Of a stretch of 54,507 bases of DNA, positions 52,793 to 54,507 are shown piece by piece. A program made the translations under genes and the position numbers. The notes beneath the pieces were generated by a model. The model ran no database searches. It saw only the letters and a program-made list of their open reading frames with translations, and was not told the origin of the DNA. The first letter of the stretch is position 1. Each line of letters opens with the position of its first letter. Source of the stretch: a virus (lineage: Duplodnaviria; Caudoviricetes); IMG/VR virus record IMGVR_UViG_3300020045_002715, positions 1-54,507 of that record. One strand, given 5' to 3'.

Positions 52793-53380
52793 ATGGAAGT
52801 ATCAATCAATTCAAGTCACCTCAAAGCAGCATACATTTTTACTGCAACGCATGATATTCGCTATTATTTGCACGGCGTTTTAGTTGAGATTAGCTCAACA
52901 GAAACAAGGCTCGCGGCAACGGATGGCTCATGTGCTGTTGTTTTGCGCGACCAAGTTACTTCTGGCGTACAAGACGTTATGCCAGAGATAATAATCCCAA
53001 ACGATACTATCAAGCTTGCTTTAAGCACTAAAAAGGTATCCCTACCACTTTCCATGTCAGTTGATGGAAAGTGGTCGCTTGGGGGTATTGGATTTGAGCC
53101 TATTTTTGCTAAGTTTCCTGACTATCGGCGAGTTATGGTTAGCGAAGTAAGCGGCGACGCCGGGGATTTTGATTTGGAGCTTTTGTCCCGTTTCTCTAAA
53201 GCGGCAAAAGCTTTAGGCGTTAAATCTACTCCAATTGTTCGTCAAAATGGCTCGAATGGTGCGCAAGTTCAAGTGCTTGGCCGCGAAGATGAATTTGTTG
53301 GCGTGATCATGCCAATGCGTATGTTTACGGCAACTCGACCTGACCCAGGAATTTCCCTGTGGGGCAATGAACGTAAGTAA
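52793..53380 (+). CDS. DNA polymerase III beta-clamp-like protein (two-domain, truncated)
   Basis: DIRYYLHGVLVE..RLAATDG..KFPDYRRVM..VIMPMR, similar to DnaN central and C-terminal domains. Confidence 0.8.
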   Translation: MEVSINSSHLKAAYIFTATHDIRYYLHGVLVEISSTETRLAATDGSCAVVLRDQVTSGVQDVMPEIIIPNDTIKLALSTKKVSLPLSMSVDGKWSLGGIGFEPIFAKFPDYRRVMVSEVSGDAGDFDLELLSRFSKAAKALGVKSTPIVRQNGSNGAQVQVLGREDEFVGVIMPMRMFTATRPDPGISLWGNERK

Positions 53381-53399
53381 TCTCTAAATAGCCAATCCT

Positions 53400-53600
53400 A
53401 TGGAGGCAATCATGGAAAACATCACCGTAAGCCAAATGGTTCGTGCTTTGAATGCCTCGCCGATAGGCTTGGCGTCTTGGGAAAAGGATGCTGTTCAACG
53501 TGCACATTTCGATTCGCATCATGGGATCAGGCCGTATTTGCTCTCGCTTCGCCAGGTTCAACTCGTTACAACAATCTTTCACAGGGTCTACCATGTCTAA
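53400..53600 (+). CDS. Hypothetical protein
   Basis: Operon ORF. Confidence 0.5.
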   Translation: MEAIMENITVSQMVRALNASPIGLASWEKDAVQRAHFDSHHGIRPYLLSLRQVQLVTTIFHRVYHV

Positions 53601-53686
53601 ACTTCTCAACTGTAATTGGTGCTTCATTATCGCGCTGGCTATCTGCGCAGCGCTGTGGGGTGGTGTTATCTGGCGGGTGGCTACCT

Positions 53687-53911
53687 ATGGCTAACGTAGG
53701 CCGTCCATCGCACCGTGCGGCCGTTCTGGTGGCTTTGCCGGGTACTCGCAACCAGATCGCACAGCGGCTATCGATTAGCGCCGCTTGCGTCGGTCGGCTG
53801 ATTGCTGGCTTGCTGTCGGATGGCGCCGTGTATGTCGTCACGCATCGCGTGCCTAAGCAGGGGCCAAAGATGCCAGTGTTTGCGCTCAAACGTGGAGGGA
53901 GCCATGGTTAG
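53687..53911 (+). CDS. Winged-HTH protein
   Basis: ALPGTRNQIAQRLSISAACVGRLIAGL. Confidence 0.6.
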   Translation: MANVGRPSHRAAVLVALPGTRNQIAQRLSISAACVGRLIAGLLSDGAVYVVTHRVPKQGPKMPVFALKRGGSHG

Positions 53912-54281
53912 GGATCGCTATCGCACAATCGTCCGTGATGCGCTTCCTGGGACTCGTAAAGAGGTCCATGAAAAGTGCGGACTTCCAAAGATGACCATCT
54001 TTCACTGGATCAAGCGGATGAAGGAAGATGGCGAGATTCACATTTCAGGATGGAAGCGCCGGATACGTGGCGCGCCTATCCCCGTCTACGCGCTTGGCAA
54101 CAAACCGGATGCTGTATGCGATCTAAAGCCCCTAGGCAACGCCGCAGCGTCTGCCAAGTACATCGAGAAGCTGCGCAAAGAAGGTCTCTTGCAGACCCGC
54201 AATGCAAGGCTGGTGGCCGTTCGTGGCGCCAAGAGGCTAGCTAAGAAAAAGCATTCATGGCTGGCGGCGCTTGGTCTTTAG
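53904..54281 (+). CDS. Winged-HTH protein (paralogue of the upstream gene)
   Basis: ALPGTRKEVHEKCGLPKMTIFHWIKRM..IHISGW..PVYALG. Confidence 0.65.
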   Translation: MVRDRYRTIVRDALPGTRKEVHEKCGLPKMTIFHWIKRMKEDGEIHISGWKRRIRGAPIPVYALGNKPDAVCDLKPLGNAAASAKYIEKLRKEGLLQTRNARLVAVRGAKRLAKKKHSWLAALGL

Positions 54282-54332
54282 CACAGGTAGTGTCTCTTTT
54301 CCACCAAGAATGTTGTGTACCGGTTTTTGTTC

Positions 54333-54361
54333 TTGCGGAACATTAGGTATTGTCCTACACT
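54333..54361 (+). promoter_or_regulatory. Promoter for the C4-like RNA and replication operon
   Basis: TTGCGG-17 bp-TACACT. Confidence 0.55.
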
Positions 54362-54386
54362 AGCGTTTGCCTTGGCCGGCGACAAC

Positions 54387-54507
54387 AACACGGAAGCTTC
54401 ACATGCTGTCTGGCGGGTTCGTGACCCGTTCGGCCAACCCGAGAAATTGGGAGACAGCAGGTGAAGCTTTTTTTATGGGCAAAAGAAATGAATAACTACG
54501 AAAAGTA
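54387..54507. repeat. Terminal direct repeat (copy 2)
   Basis: Identical to 1-121. Confidence 0.95.

Noticed and set aside
54387-54507. 121-bp terminal repeat as a biological direct terminal repeat
   Set aside because: It cuts through a regulatory RNA and an ORF start and has a k-mer-like length; the PBSX-type TerL suggests headful packaging. An assembly overlap is more likely.

Overview
The window is an apparently complete, circularly permuted ~54.4-kb tailed phage genome; positions 1-121 repeat exactly at 54387-54507, most likely an assembly overlap. It looks like a podovirus with a lambdoid-type early region, and a betaproteobacterial (Oxalobacteraceae-like) host is inferred. The + strand carries, in order: replication initiator and DnaB, an HNH-AP2 endonuclease, a papain-like peptidase with DUF4214-like repeats, a ~1.5-kb cluster of tRNA-shaped non-coding RNAs, a GIY-YIG moron, TerS/TerL, an Fn3-SGNH virion protein, portal, scaffold, N4-gp56-type capsid, short-tail genes, a lysis cassette with embedded Rz1, and ejection proteins. 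The - strand early arm (35.7-48.9 kb) holds an ERF recombinase, YqaJ exonuclease, NinB and many small genes. It is followed on + by a Cro-like HTH, a dual-frame split C5 methyltransferase, NinG and a beta-clamp-like protein. I saw no integrase, CI/S24 repressor, reverse transcriptase or CRISPR array. The strongest signal is a pair of early genes (36231-37097 and 42284-43084) built on the same ordered scaffold of five 28-41-bp linkers. Four linkers are identical and one has a single mismatch, and they separate unrelated in-frame cassettes. One cassette appears in different slots of the two genes, which suggests a cassette-shuffling protein-diversification system next to the phage recombinase. 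Other notable items are two C4-like antisense RNAs with different recognition codes, kissing-loop tRNA-like RNAs, and a five-copy promoter/operator motif. All family calls come from motif recognition by eye; no database searches were run.
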